In this document: piece by piece, positions 9,010-17,556 of the stretch
Layout of the letters: each line of letters starts with the position of its first letter
Position numbering within the stretch: position 1 is the first letter of the stretch
Origin: Anaerovoracaceae bacterium
Lineage (GTDB): Bacteria > Bacillota > Clostridia > Peptostreptococcales > Anaerovoracaceae
Assembly (NCBI GenBank): GCA_045220485.1
Contig: JBGUVT010000042.1
Location: 1-47,289 of the forward strand
Direction of reading: 5' to 3'
DNA: 47,289 bases
Position numbers and translations under genes: made by a program
Notes under the pieces: generated by a model
What the model saw: only the letters and a program-made list of their open reading frames with translations
Told to the model about the DNA's origin: nothing
Database searches by the model: none

Positions 9010-10062
9010 ATGTATAATTGTGATCTAAAACATATTCCTGAACTTTTTAATATTGAAGGCGCTGTTCTGAGCATAACGCCTCTGGGGAATGGGCATATCA
9101 ATGACACATATCTTGTTGTGACTGATTCCGGCAGATACATTCTTCAGAGAATCAACACGCACGTTTTCAAGTCACCTGATCAGCTCATGCATAACATCAA
9201 GGCTGTGACAGACTATATGCACAGCCGCATACAGGTGATCACGACCAGCGAGGGAGGCCTTTGTGCTGTAACTCCGGACGGGCACTGGCGCATGATGACA
9301 TATATCGAGAATTCATATACATGCGAACGTGTTGAAAGCCCGGAGCAGTTCTGCGAGATAGGTAGGGCATACGGATCATTCATACAGGATCTGGCAGGGT
9401 TCCCTGCGGAGAATCTCTACGAGACTATAGAAGGGTTCCACGATACAAGGCGCAGGTTTGAACAGCTTATGCAGGCGTGTGAGGCGGATCCGTTCGGGCG
9501 GAAGCATACGGCACTGGCGGAACTGCGTTTTGCCTGCGAGCGCGAGAAGGATACAGACGTGCTGAATGACTGCGTCAGGCGGGGCGAGATACCTGTTAGG
9601 GTCACGCATAATGACACTAAGATCAACAATGTACTTCTTGACAGGGACACGGGCAAAGCCATCTGTGTGATCGACCTTGATACTGTGATGCCGGGTCTGG
9701 CAGTCAATGATTTCGGTGACGCCATAAGATCGGGTGCTTCAACAGGCAAAGAGGACGAAGGTGATCTTGAGCAGGTAAAGCTCGACCTGGATCTGTACAG
9801 GAGCTATGCTGCAGGGTTCATTGCCGGATGCCCGGACCTGACGGAGAAAGAGATAGAATTGATGCCGGTCGGAGCCAGACTTATGGCGCTCGAGTGCGGG
9901 ATCAGGTTCCTGACAGACTATATCGAGGGGGACCACTATTTCAAGACAGTGTATCCGGAGCACAATCTGATAAGATGCAGGGCGCAGTTTCGCCTGGTAC
10001 AGGAAATGGAAGAACACTGGAAAGAGATGCAGGCAACGAAGATCGACAGATTTGCAAAATGA
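9010..10062 (+). CDS. APH-fold phosphotransferase, N-acetylhexosamine-1-kinase (NahK)-like
   Basis: The ORF track starts at 8962, but ATG 9010 (MYNCDLKHIPELFNIEG...) is the more plausible start. Features are the nucleotide-binding region PLGNGHINDTYLV, the Brenner motif VTHNDTKINNVLLD and the metal-binding VIDLDTV. Confidence 0.7.
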   Translation: MYNCDLKHIPELFNIEGAVLSITPLGNGHINDTYLVVTDSGRYILQRINTHVFKSPDQLMHNIKAVTDYMHSRIQVITTSEGGLCAVTPDGHWRMMTYIENSYTCERVESPEQFCEIGRAYGSFIQDLAGFPAENLYETIEGFHDTRRRFEQLMQACEADPFGRKHTALAELRFACEREKDTDVLNDCVRRGEIPVRVTHNDTKINNVLLDRDTGKAICVIDLDTVMPGLAVNDFGDAIRSGASTGKEDEGDLEQVKLDLDLYRSYAAGFIAGCPDLTEKEIELMPVGARLMALECGIRFLTDYIEGDHYFKTVYPEHNLIRCRAQFRLVQEMEEHWKEMQATKIDRFAK

Positions 10063-10922
10063 AATTAAGAAAGACCTCGTATTTTATAAATATTGATAGC
10101 CAGGCAGCTGAATCCGGCAGGCTCGCCGGCAAGCGGCTGGCAGTACTTACGGATTTTCATAACAGAGACCATGAGGCTGTCCTTGATATACTGAGGAACG
10201 ATACTCCCGATGCGATAATGATTCCCGGTGATCTTATGCTGGGATACTTCCCTGAAGGCGAAGAGTATATTATCGACAGAAATCAGAACGTAATACCTCT
10301 TCTGGAAGGCTGTTGTGAGATCGCGCCAACGTATATGTCTGTCGGAAATCATGAGTGCCTGCTCTGCAGTGACGACTTTGACAGAATGCATGCAACCGGT
10401 GCAATAATACTGAACAATGAATGGGCAGAGCTTTCAGAGGGAATACTAATAGGCGGACTGACATCAGACTATGCGATCAGCTATAACAAGTTCCGCGACG
10501 AGTACAACAGTCAGAACGGCACGGAAGGATATGCGAGATATCCATATCGCAAAAAACAGAAGTTTGTCAGCAAATATCCGACTGATAGCAAATGGTTGGA
10601 TGATTTCGAACAGGCAGACGGATACAGGATACTGCTCAGCCATCATCCGGAATACTGGAGTCTGAGGGACCCGATGCTTAAAGACAGAAGAATCGATCTT
10701 GTGCTGTCAGGACATGCTCACGGCGGACAGGTGAGATTCATGGGCCGTGGAATCATTGCTCCGGGGCAGGGCTGGTTTCCAAAATACACCAGCGATGTTC
10801 ATCAGGGACCGTACGGCAGCATGATTGTCTCCAGAGGACTCAGTAATCCGTACAAGTTAGTACCGAGACTGGGCAATCCGTGTGAAGTAGTTTATGTACA
10901 TTTCGTGAGCAGTGAAAAGTAA
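10059..10922 (+). CDS. calcineurin-like metallophosphoesterase (YaeI-type)
   Basis: ATG 10059 overlaps the kinase stop (ATGA). The track ORF 9828-10922 carries an implausible N-terminal extension inside the kinase gene. Motifs: LTDFHN, PGDLM, VGNHE, SHHP, SGHAHGGQ. Confidence 0.85.
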   Translation: MKLRKTSYFINIDSQAAESGRLAGKRLAVLTDFHNRDHEAVLDILRNDTPDAIMIPGDLMLGYFPEGEEYIIDRNQNVIPLLEGCCEIAPTYMSVGNHECLLCSDDFDRMHATGAIILNNEWAELSEGILIGGLTSDYAISYNKFRDEYNSQNGTEGYARYPYRKKQKFVSKYPTDSKWLDDFEQADGYRILLSHHPEYWSLRDPMLKDRRIDLVLSGHAHGGQVRFMGRGIIAPGQGWFPKYTSDVHQGPYGSMIVSRGLSNPYKLVPRLGNPCEVVYVHFVSSEK

Positions 10923-10933
10923 GAAGGTTTATC

Positions 10934-11668
10934 ATGGCAGAGAATACTCAATACTGGAATCAGCTGATCTCTAAGGGGATTCGTCTTCTGCAGGAGCAGA
11001 ATAATGACGCAGCAGCTTCTGTACTTAAACAAGCAGCTTTTGACGTTGAGCATACCTATCATGACAGTTGGCGTTGGGGGACAGACTACTGGGAGCTTGT
11101 TTTATATCTTAAGCGCGGTGACTATACGGCTTTGGGAGATAGGAAAGAGCAGATCGAAAAAGATATTATGTCTGCGCTGGTAACTCTTCAGAAAGGATCC
11201 AGAGACCTCCTCTCAACTGTGTCGATCCGTCAGGCTGTTGAACAGGACATAGAGTGGACAGAGCTCCTACCGTTTCAGAAAGCAGCAGAAGACGCGGAGC
11301 TATTCATACGCGAGGAAAGATATGACTTTGCCTTTGATCGTATTCATACTGCTTTTTCTGATTATGTCAGGCATATTCTCACAAAACACAGCGTACATAT
11401 AGAAACAGAGGACAGCTTGCCAACGTTGCTCACGAAACTTCAAGGATATTACTGCTCACACATACAGCCGACAGATACGGGAGACAGAATCAAAACCATA
11501 CTTCAAAGCACAGGAGAGATCATTAATACGATAAGTGAATCGAAAGGCAATAATGCGGCGGCTCATCATAACGGGCAACTGATCGAAAAAAGAGAAGCGC
11601 TGCTTGCTGTAGGTCTGATAAATTCAATCGTGGATTATATTGATGATGTTGAAAATGAGCTGCCATAA
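10934..11668 (+). CDS. Abi_C domain protein (AbiJ-type abortive-infection / HEPN-like C-terminus)
   Basis: 244 aa, starting 11 nt after the phosphoesterase gene. The C-terminal 110 aa (FDRIHTAFSDYVRHIL ... ISESKGNNAAAHHNGQLIEKREALLAVGLINSIVDYI) follows the pattern I associate with Pfam Abi_C. The N-terminal half was not recognised. Confidence 0.6.
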   Translation: MAENTQYWNQLISKGIRLLQEQNNDAAASVLKQAAFDVEHTYHDSWRWGTDYWELVLYLKRGDYTALGDRKEQIEKDIMSALVTLQKGSRDLLSTVSIRQAVEQDIEWTELLPFQKAAEDAELFIREERYDFAFDRIHTAFSDYVRHILTKHSVHIETEDSLPTLLTKLQGYYCSHIQPTDTGDRIKTILQSTGEIINTISESKGNNAAAHHNGQLIEKREALLAVGLINSIVDYIDDVENELP

Positions 11669-11674
11669 GATGTA

Positions 11675-12127
11675 ATGAATATAGATGGGGACAGGATGAA
11701 AGAAATGAAGAACTACAAATTTTATGGCTGGAAGACAGCGGACATCAAAGACTCTCTTGGAAGGACGCCAAGAGACTATTATGACATCCTCTCTGAAATA
11801 TGGTGTGCTGAAACCTGTGCTCCAAGAATGCGTGAAAACTGGAGCCCTGAAAACAAAACGCTTGGACAGTGCTCGATTACCGCATTTCTGATGCAGGACA
11901 TTTATGGCGGTAAGGTCTACGGCATTTTAAGACCGGGCGGAAACTATCATTGCTTCAATGATGTTGGTGGTTGTGTATTCGATCTGACCAGTGAGCAGTT
12001 TGGTGATGAACGTCTTGATTATTCAGACTGCCCGGAACAGTTCAGGGAAGTTCATTTTGCTAAAGAAGAAAAGAAACAGCGATATGAATACTTACGGACA
12101 AAACTGATGGAAAGACTAGGTTTGTAA
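11675..12127 (+). CDS. conserved hypothetical protein, YunG-like
   Basis: The ORF runs 11675-12127. Alternative starts are ATG 11696 or ATG 11705 (MKNYKF...); the latter shares its RBS/ATGAAG context with the VanZ gene at 17062. W-x-AETC ... W-x-x-EN ... GQCSITAFLMQDIYGG resembles B. subtilis YunG-type proteins. This is recalled from memory, so only moderately sure. Confidence 0.5.
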   Translation: MNIDGDRMKEMKNYKFYGWKTADIKDSLGRTPRDYYDILSEIWCAETCAPRMRENWSPENKTLGQCSITAFLMQDIYGGKVYGILRPGGNYHCFNDVGGCVFDLTSEQFGDERLDYSDCPEQFREVHFAKEEKKQRYEYLRTKLMERLGL

Positions 12128-12199
12128 GATAGATTTCTTTTCGATTGAAAAGAGAAAAGTGCTTGTAATTATAGGACTAAACGGAGTGAAGAAATCATA

Positions 12200-12257
12200 C
12201 GAGACCGCGCATTTCCCGCCCATCAAAGAACTCATCGACCAGCGGCTTTACTAGTTT
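12200..12257 (-). pseudogene. relic of an IS66-family transposase gene (about 60 bp, minus strand)
   Basis: The reverse complement of 12222-12257 encodes KLVKPLVDEFFD. This is identical to TnpC residues encoded at 8348-8383 (33/36 nt identical). Similarity continues with indels to about 12200, and there is no homology beyond. Confidence 0.7.
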
Positions 12258-12336
12258 ATTAAATAATACTAGACTATTTTTTTTCTGTTATGTTATTATG
12301 CTATTTAGTTCACGAAAATAAAGGATAGCATCGTTC

Positions 12337-14151
12337 ATGAACAAACAGGAACTAGATATTTTAAAAACAATAGTTGATAATTCATATACAAATCAGCGCA
12401 TCATCTCTGAAATCTCAGGTCATAGTCTTGGTGTGGTAAACAAATCAATGAAGCGATTGACCACACAGGGATACCTTGATGAGCACGCACAGCTCACACA
12501 ACGGGCTATGGAGCTGCTACAGTCGCGGGCACCCCGAAATGCCATTATACTAGCGGCAGGACTTGGTATGCGTATGGTTCCAATTAATATGAGCACACCG
12601 AAGGCATTTCTGGAGGTGAACGGAGAAAGGCTGATAGAGCGTCTTATTACGCAGCTTCATGAGGCAGGTGTAGAAGACATCACGGTTGTGGTCGGATTTA
12701 TGAAGGATCAATTTGAATACCTAATAGACGAGTATGGAGTGAAGCTTTCATATGCTGCTAATTACGCATCTACTAACAACTTGCATTCTCTTGCTACGGT
12801 ATCCAGCAGAATTGGCAACACCTATATTCTCCCGTGCGACATATGGTGCAGCAGCAATCCTTTTCACTGTTATGAGTTCTATTCATGGTACATGGTCTCA
12901 GACCAGTTGACTAAGGATTCCGGAGTAAGGGTCAACCGAAAGATGGAGCTTGTAAAAGTGTCATCAAAAACTAATGGCAATGGGATGATAGGAATCAGCT
13001 ATTTGACTGGCTTAGAGGCGGAGACTGTAAGAGAAAGGGTAAAAAAATATACAACAGATCCTACTTACGATAATGAGTTCTGGGAAGAGACCCTTTACAC
13101 GAACGATCGCATGATAGTATGGGCAAAGATAGTTAACGCATCTGATGTTGTTGAGATCAATACATATGAGCAGCTACGTGACTTTGACTCAGGGTCAGGC
13201 CAGCTTCGCTCAGAAGCAATCAAAGTGATTTGCACAGAGCTTGAGTGTCATGAGGACGAAATCGTAGATATCAGCACCCTTAAAAAAGGTCTGACTAACC
13301 GATCGTTCCTGTTCAGTGTAAGCAGAGGCAAAATGGCTGGCAAATATATCATGCGCATCCCAGATGATACAACGAATACGTTGGTTGACCGGAGAGCAGA
13401 AGCTGATGTGTACGGGTTAATCAAAGGTCTTGGATTCTGTGATGATCCAATCTACATAAATCCAGATAACGGCTATAAGATTACAAGGTTTATAGAGAAT
13501 GCGCGCTGCTGTAACCCACAGAACGAGGATGATCTAAAGCGCTGTATGGAGAAGCTGAGAAAGATACATGGTTTCAGGGTTAATGAAAAGCCGCTTACTG
13601 TAGCGCATACCTTTGACTTTATAGAGAGAATAGACTTTTACGAAAGTCTTTGGAATGGACATCCATCCGTATATCGTGACTATGAGAAGACAAAGGCCAA
13701 CTGCAAGCGTCTAATGTTGTTTATCGAGAATCACAGAGCTGAGATGCAGCTTACTCACATTGATGCAGTACCCGATAATTTCCTACTTGATCCTGATGTT
13801 GAAGGAGAACTGAGCATACAGCTTACCGACTGGGAGTATTCGGGAATGCAGGATCCTCATACAGATATCGCCATGTTCTGCATATACTCGATGTTTGGAA
13901 AGGAGCAGATAGATAGACTTATCGATATTTATTTTGAAGAAGGCGGCTGTGATAAAACGACTAGAGCAAAGATATATGCATATATTTCTGTTTGCGGTTT
14001 GTTATGGTCTAACTGGTGTGAGTACGAGAGAACCCTGGGTGTGGAGTTTGGAGAATATAGCCTATATCAGTACCGCTATGCTAAGGATTTCTACCGTTAT
14101 GCCACAGAATTGATGAACGAGATAGGCGAACCGTTGAAAGGAGAGGCTTAA
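12337..14151 (+). CDS. three-module fusion: winged-helix HTH + LicC-like nucleotidyl(cytidylyl)transferase + LicA-like choline kinase
   Basis: 604 aa. The N-terminus LDILKTIVDNSYTNQRIISEISGHSLGVVNKSMKRLTTQGYLD is MarR/winged-helix like. The middle has the NTP-transferase signature ILAAGLGMRMVP..PKAFLEVNG. The C-terminal kinase carries THIDAVPDNFLLD and LTDWEYSGMQDPHTDIA. Confidence 0.8.
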   Translation: MNKQELDILKTIVDNSYTNQRIISEISGHSLGVVNKSMKRLTTQGYLDEHAQLTQRAMELLQSRAPRNAIILAAGLGMRMVPINMSTPKAFLEVNGERLIERLITQLHEAGVEDITVVVGFMKDQFEYLIDEYGVKLSYAANYASTNNLHSLATVSSRIGNTYILPCDIWCSSNPFHCYEFYSWYMVSDQLTKDSGVRVNRKMELVKVSSKTNGNGMIGISYLTGLEAETVRERVKKYTTDPTYDNEFWEETLYTNDRMIVWAKIVNASDVVEINTYEQLRDFDSGSGQLRSEAIKVICTELECHEDEIVDISTLKKGLTNRSFLFSVSRGKMAGKYIMRIPDDTTNTLVDRRAEADVYGLIKGLGFCDDPIYINPDNGYKITRFIENARCCNPQNEDDLKRCMEKLRKIHGFRVNEKPLTVAHTFDFIERIDFYESLWNGHPSVYRDYEKTKANCKRLMLFIENHRAEMQLTHIDAVPDNFLLDPDVEGELSIQLTDWEYSGMQDPHTDIAMFCIYSMFGKEQIDRLIDIYFEEGGCDKTTRAKIYAYISVCGLLWSNWCEYERTLGVEFGEYSLYQYRYAKDFYRYATELMNEIGEPLKGEA

Positions 14152-14152
14152 A

Positions 14153-15022
14153 TTGAAAGTAGATAATGCAATCATTATGGCTGCCGGAACGAGTTCCCGC
14201 TTTGCACCTCTGTCATATGAGAAGCACAAGGCTATGACAGAGGTCAAAGGTGAAATCCTTATTGAGCGGCAAATAGAGCAGTTAAAAAAAGCGTATGTAC
14301 CTGAGATATATATCGTCACAGGTTATAAAGCAGAGCAGTTTGAATATCTAGTGGGCAAATATGGTGTTAAACTTATCCACAATCCTGACTATTTAACGAG
14401 GAATAACAATTCATCAATCTGGGCTGCAAAGGATTTCCTTAAAAACAGCTATATATGTTCTGCTGATAACTACTTTGCCTCAAATCCATTTGAGGCGGAG
14501 GTTAATGGCGCATATTACGCAGCTGAATATGCTGATGGCCATACGGCAGAATGGTGTTTGACAGAGGATAAAGACGGGTTTATCGACTCTGTGACCATTG
14601 GCGGCGAGAATGCCTGGTATATGCTCGGTCATACGTTCTGGAGCGAAGAATTTTCCTCGCAGTTTTGCGCCATACTTGAAACTGAATATGAGTTGCCAGA
14701 GACTGTAGACAAGCTCTGGGAGAAGATATATATGGAGCACTTGGACGTGCTCAAAATGAGGATAAGGAAGTATGCTCCAGGAGTCATATATGAGTTTGAC
14801 ACAATGGATGAACTAAGAGAGTTCGATACAAGCTACGTTTCGGACACGCGATCAACGATAATCAAAAGCATTGCAGCACAAATCGGAACTACCGAAGATC
14901 AGATACTCCATATCAGATCTCTTAAAAGCAACACTACTGCGGCGACAGGCTTTGAATTTGACTGCGGAGCTAATCACTACAGCTATCTATATGAAACAGA
15001 TAAACTTAAAAAGGAGAAGTAA
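14153..15022 (+). CDS. licC: LicC-like nucleotidyltransferase (putative CTP:phosphocholine cytidylyltransferase)
   Basis: TTG start at 14153 preceded by AAAGGAGAGG. The signature IIMAAGTSSRFAPLSYEKHKAMTEVKG is present. 289 aa, a second copy of the function already present in the upstream fusion. Confidence 0.7.
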   Translation: MKVDNAIIMAAGTSSRFAPLSYEKHKAMTEVKGEILIERQIEQLKKAYVPEIYIVTGYKAEQFEYLVGKYGVKLIHNPDYLTRNNNSSIWAAKDFLKNSYICSADNYFASNPFEAEVNGAYYAAEYADGHTAEWCLTEDKDGFIDSVTIGGENAWYMLGHTFWSEEFSSQFCAILETEYELPETVDKLWEKIYMEHLDVLKMRIRKYAPGVIYEFDTMDELREFDTSYVSDTRSTIIKSIAAQIGTTEDQILHIRSLKSNTTAATGFEFDCGANHYSYLYETDKLKKEK

Positions 15023-15024
15023 TA

Positions 15025-15948
15025 ATGGCAGACTTTGTAAGAGAAATTGAAGCAGCAGATATTCCCAGACTACATGATTTGATGAATCTCGTTTTTGAAG
15101 ACGGTAACTGGAAAGATATCCAACGTCTTGGCGGTATGACAAACCATTCCTACAAGATCACAAGAGAAGACGGAGAGGAATACCTTGTAAGGCTTCCTGG
15201 AGAGGGAACTGAGGACATGATAGACCGTACTGATGAAAGAAAGAGTACTGAGCTCGGTTGTAGCCTTGGAATTGACTCTCCACTTCTGTTCTTTGGAGAT
15301 GATGGACACAAAGTCATGAAGTTTATCAGTGACCCGCAGCCTATGAGTGATGAGGTGATGCGCAAAAGGGACATTTTGCACCAGGCAGCGGAGATATTCC
15401 ATAAACTTCATACCTGTGGTGTGGATACGGGTGTGCGTTTTGAAGTCTTCGAAATGGCTGATCTGTATGAGAAAATAATTACCGATGGCGGAGTAGCATT
15501 TTACGATGATTACGATGAGGTCAAACAAACCGTAATGGATATCAAGGCGGAAGTAGATAAAGACGGTGAAGCACCAAGAGTCCCTTGTCATAACGACTCT
15601 CTGGTAGATAACTGGATCTTGGACGGAAATGGAAGACTCTGGCTGGTCGACTGGGAATACAGTGGAATGAACGAGGCGATGTGGGATCTTTCTTGTCTTT
15701 CGATTGAAGCTAACTATGGTACTGAAGAAGATGACGAACTATTGAAAGCCTACTATGGAATAGAAGGCAGAGAAGCGGGTGTTGAGGAAAAGAAACGCTT
15801 TATCGCAGCCAAAATGTATGTCGATTATCTTTGGACTTTGTGGGGACTCACTCGTGTGCCGTTTGATGGAGAATTTATGCAGGAGTATGCAGATGGGCGC
15901 TACATACGCCTGAAAAACAACATAGAAGCATATAAAAAGCTTAAGTAA
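15025..15948 (+). CDS. licA: LicA-like choline/ethanolamine kinase
   Basis: AGGAG lies 8 nt upstream. Motifs: GGMTNHSYKI, Brenner motif CHNDSLVDNWILD, and LVDWEYSGMNEAMWDL, the choline-kinase motif seen in LicA. Confidence 0.75.
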   Translation: MADFVREIEAADIPRLHDLMNLVFEDGNWKDIQRLGGMTNHSYKITREDGEEYLVRLPGEGTEDMIDRTDERKSTELGCSLGIDSPLLFFGDDGHKVMKFISDPQPMSDEVMRKRDILHQAAEIFHKLHTCGVDTGVRFEVFEMADLYEKIITDGGVAFYDDYDEVKQTVMDIKAEVDKDGEAPRVPCHNDSLVDNWILDGNGRLWLVDWEYSGMNEAMWDLSCLSIEANYGTEEDDELLKAYYGIEGREAGVEEKKRFIAAKMYVDYLWTLWGLTRVPFDGEFMQEYADGRYIRLKNNIEAYKKLK

Positions 15949-15966
15949 GCAAGGAGGTTATATAAA

Positions 15967-16905
15967 ATGTTAGCTGGTATTATCGCAGGAATGACCTGGG
16001 CGATTGAAACTACAATTATAGGCATAGCTTTGGCCATGACCCCCTTTGTAAGTACAGATCAGGCAATATTTCTTGCTCCGTTTGTGAGTACCTTTATACA
16101 CGATGCGTTTTCCGCAATATGGGCCTGCATTTATAACGGCATCCGTGGAAATTTGCCAAGTGTTGTAAAAGCACTTAAGACAAGGAGTGGGCGCTTTGTA
16201 TCACTGGCAGCCATCATAGGCGGACCAGTTGGAATGACGGGATATGTTCTGTCTGTAGCCAACATGGGAGCGTCAATTGGAGCAGTAGCAAGTGCGATTT
16301 TCCCTGCTATTGGAGCTGTGTTGGCATATATCTTCCTGAAGGAAAAAATGCAGTGGTACAGATGGATATTTCTTATTCTCAGTTTGATTGGCGTATACGG
16401 GCTTTCTTACAGCCCAGAGATTGAAATCAGAAACTTTGCACTTGGATTTGTCGGGACATTGATGTGTGCTTTCGGCTGGGGAATTGAAGCCGTTATTATA
16501 GCTAAATGCGTACAGGATGATGCCGTGACTGATGAGATTGCTCTTCAAATCAGGCAGACCACAAGCGCACTTGTTTACGGTATAGTTCTGCTCCCTATAC
16601 TTAAGGGATGGGGCTTCACTATCAGTCTCTTCAGCGGTACGGGCAAACTGATTCCGACCATTGCACTCGCAGCATTATTTGCAACAGTATCTTATTTGTT
16701 CTATTACAAGGCGATCAGCCAGATAGGCGCTTCGAAGTCTATGGCTTTGAATGTTTCGTATTCGGCATGGGCTGTCATCATAAGTATCGTATTCTTAGGA
16801 AACAGAAGCCTGTTGAATCCGATAACAATACTCTGCACACTGGCAGTCATTATTTTTGGTATCCTTGCAGCGGCAGACTATAAGGAGCTGTTTTCTAAAG
16901 AATGA
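15967..16905 (+). CDS. licB: EamA/DMT-superfamily permease, LicB-type choline transporter candidate
   Basis: AGGAGG lies 10 nt upstream. 312 aa with about ten hydrophobic helices arranged as two EamA-like halves. It is the last gene of the lic-like operon. Confidence 0.65.
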   Translation: MLAGIIAGMTWAIETTIIGIALAMTPFVSTDQAIFLAPFVSTFIHDAFSAIWACIYNGIRGNLPSVVKALKTRSGRFVSLAAIIGGPVGMTGYVLSVANMGASIGAVASAIFPAIGAVLAYIFLKEKMQWYRWIFLILSLIGVYGLSYSPEIEIRNFALGFVGTLMCAFGWGIEAVIIAKCVQDDAVTDEIALQIRQTTSALVYGIVLLPILKGWGFTISLFSGTGKLIPTIALAALFATVSYLFYYKAISQIGASKSMALNVSYSAWAVIISIVFLGNRSLLNPITILCTLAVIIFGILAAADYKELFSKE

Positions 16906-16906
16906 T

Positions 16907-17020
16907 GTGGCAGAACATCATGACGGGCAAATGATCGAAAAAAGAGAAGCACAGCTTGCTGTAAGCCTGATAAACTCAATCGTGGATTATATTGACGATA
17001 TCGAAAGCGAGTTGCCATAA
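16907..17020 (+). pseudogene. 3'-terminal relic (37 codons plus stop) of a second Abi_C gene
   Basis: VAEHHDGQMIEKREAQLAVSLINSIVDYIDDIESELP* aligns with the last 37 codons of the intact Abi_C gene (11555-11668, AAAHHNGQLIEKREALLAVGLINSIVDYIDDVENELP*). By hand alignment 96/114 nt and 29/37 aa are identical. It begins 1 nt after the permease stop and has no start codon or upstream remainder. Confidence 0.8.
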
Positions 17021-17061
17021 GACGTAAGGATGGTGTCGGGAACTGGGACAAAAGGAAAGAA

Positions 17062-17556
17062 ATGAAGGGGGCAAAACTAGATACTGCCAAAATCCATATT
17101 ATTATCACCTTGGCGGTGATGGTATTCATATTTATACATTCAGCGATGTCTGGTGATGTCTCGGGAAGTGAGAGCCGTTTTTTCGCTGAGATCCTCTCTT
17201 CTATAACCGGTATCAGTTTTCAGGTAGCGCACTTCATTGTACGTAAAGCTGCTCACTTTACAGAGTTTGCAATACTCGGCATATGCCTGACCGTGAACTT
17301 CAATGACTATAAGTCAAAGAACGAGTTGATCAAAACTGACAAGACTCCGGCAAAGAATGTTCTAATAAGGCATCCTCGTTTGGCGTCATGGATCGCGGGC
17401 ACACTATATGCCTGCACTGATGAGTTCCATCAGCTCTTTGTTGAAGGCAGAAGCTGTGAGTTTAGAGATGTATGTATCGATTCAGCAGGGGTCATACTTG
17501 GAATCGCAATAGCTGTAATCGTAAAAGCATTGAAATCAAGGAAAGCTGTCAGTTAG
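17062..17556 (+). CDS. VanZ-family membrane protein
   Basis: 164 aa with four or five TM helices. It has the VanZ signatures VRKAAHFTEFAILG and CTDEFHQLFVEGRS. Confidence 0.8.
   Translation: MKGAKLDTAKIHIIITLAVMVFIFIHSAMSGDVSGSESRFFAEILSSITGISFQVAHFIVRKAAHFTEFAILGICLTVNFNDYKSKNELIKTDKTPAKNVLIRHPRLASWIAGTLYACTDEFHQLFVEGRSCEFRDVCIDSAGVILGIAIAVIVKALKSRKAVS

Noticed and set aside
9828-10058. N-terminal 77-codon extension of the metallophosphoesterase ORF
   Set aside because: It lies entirely inside the kinase gene in another frame and has a Gly/Arg/Asp-rich composition typical of off-frame translation. ATG 10059 forms an ATGA overlap with the kinase stop.
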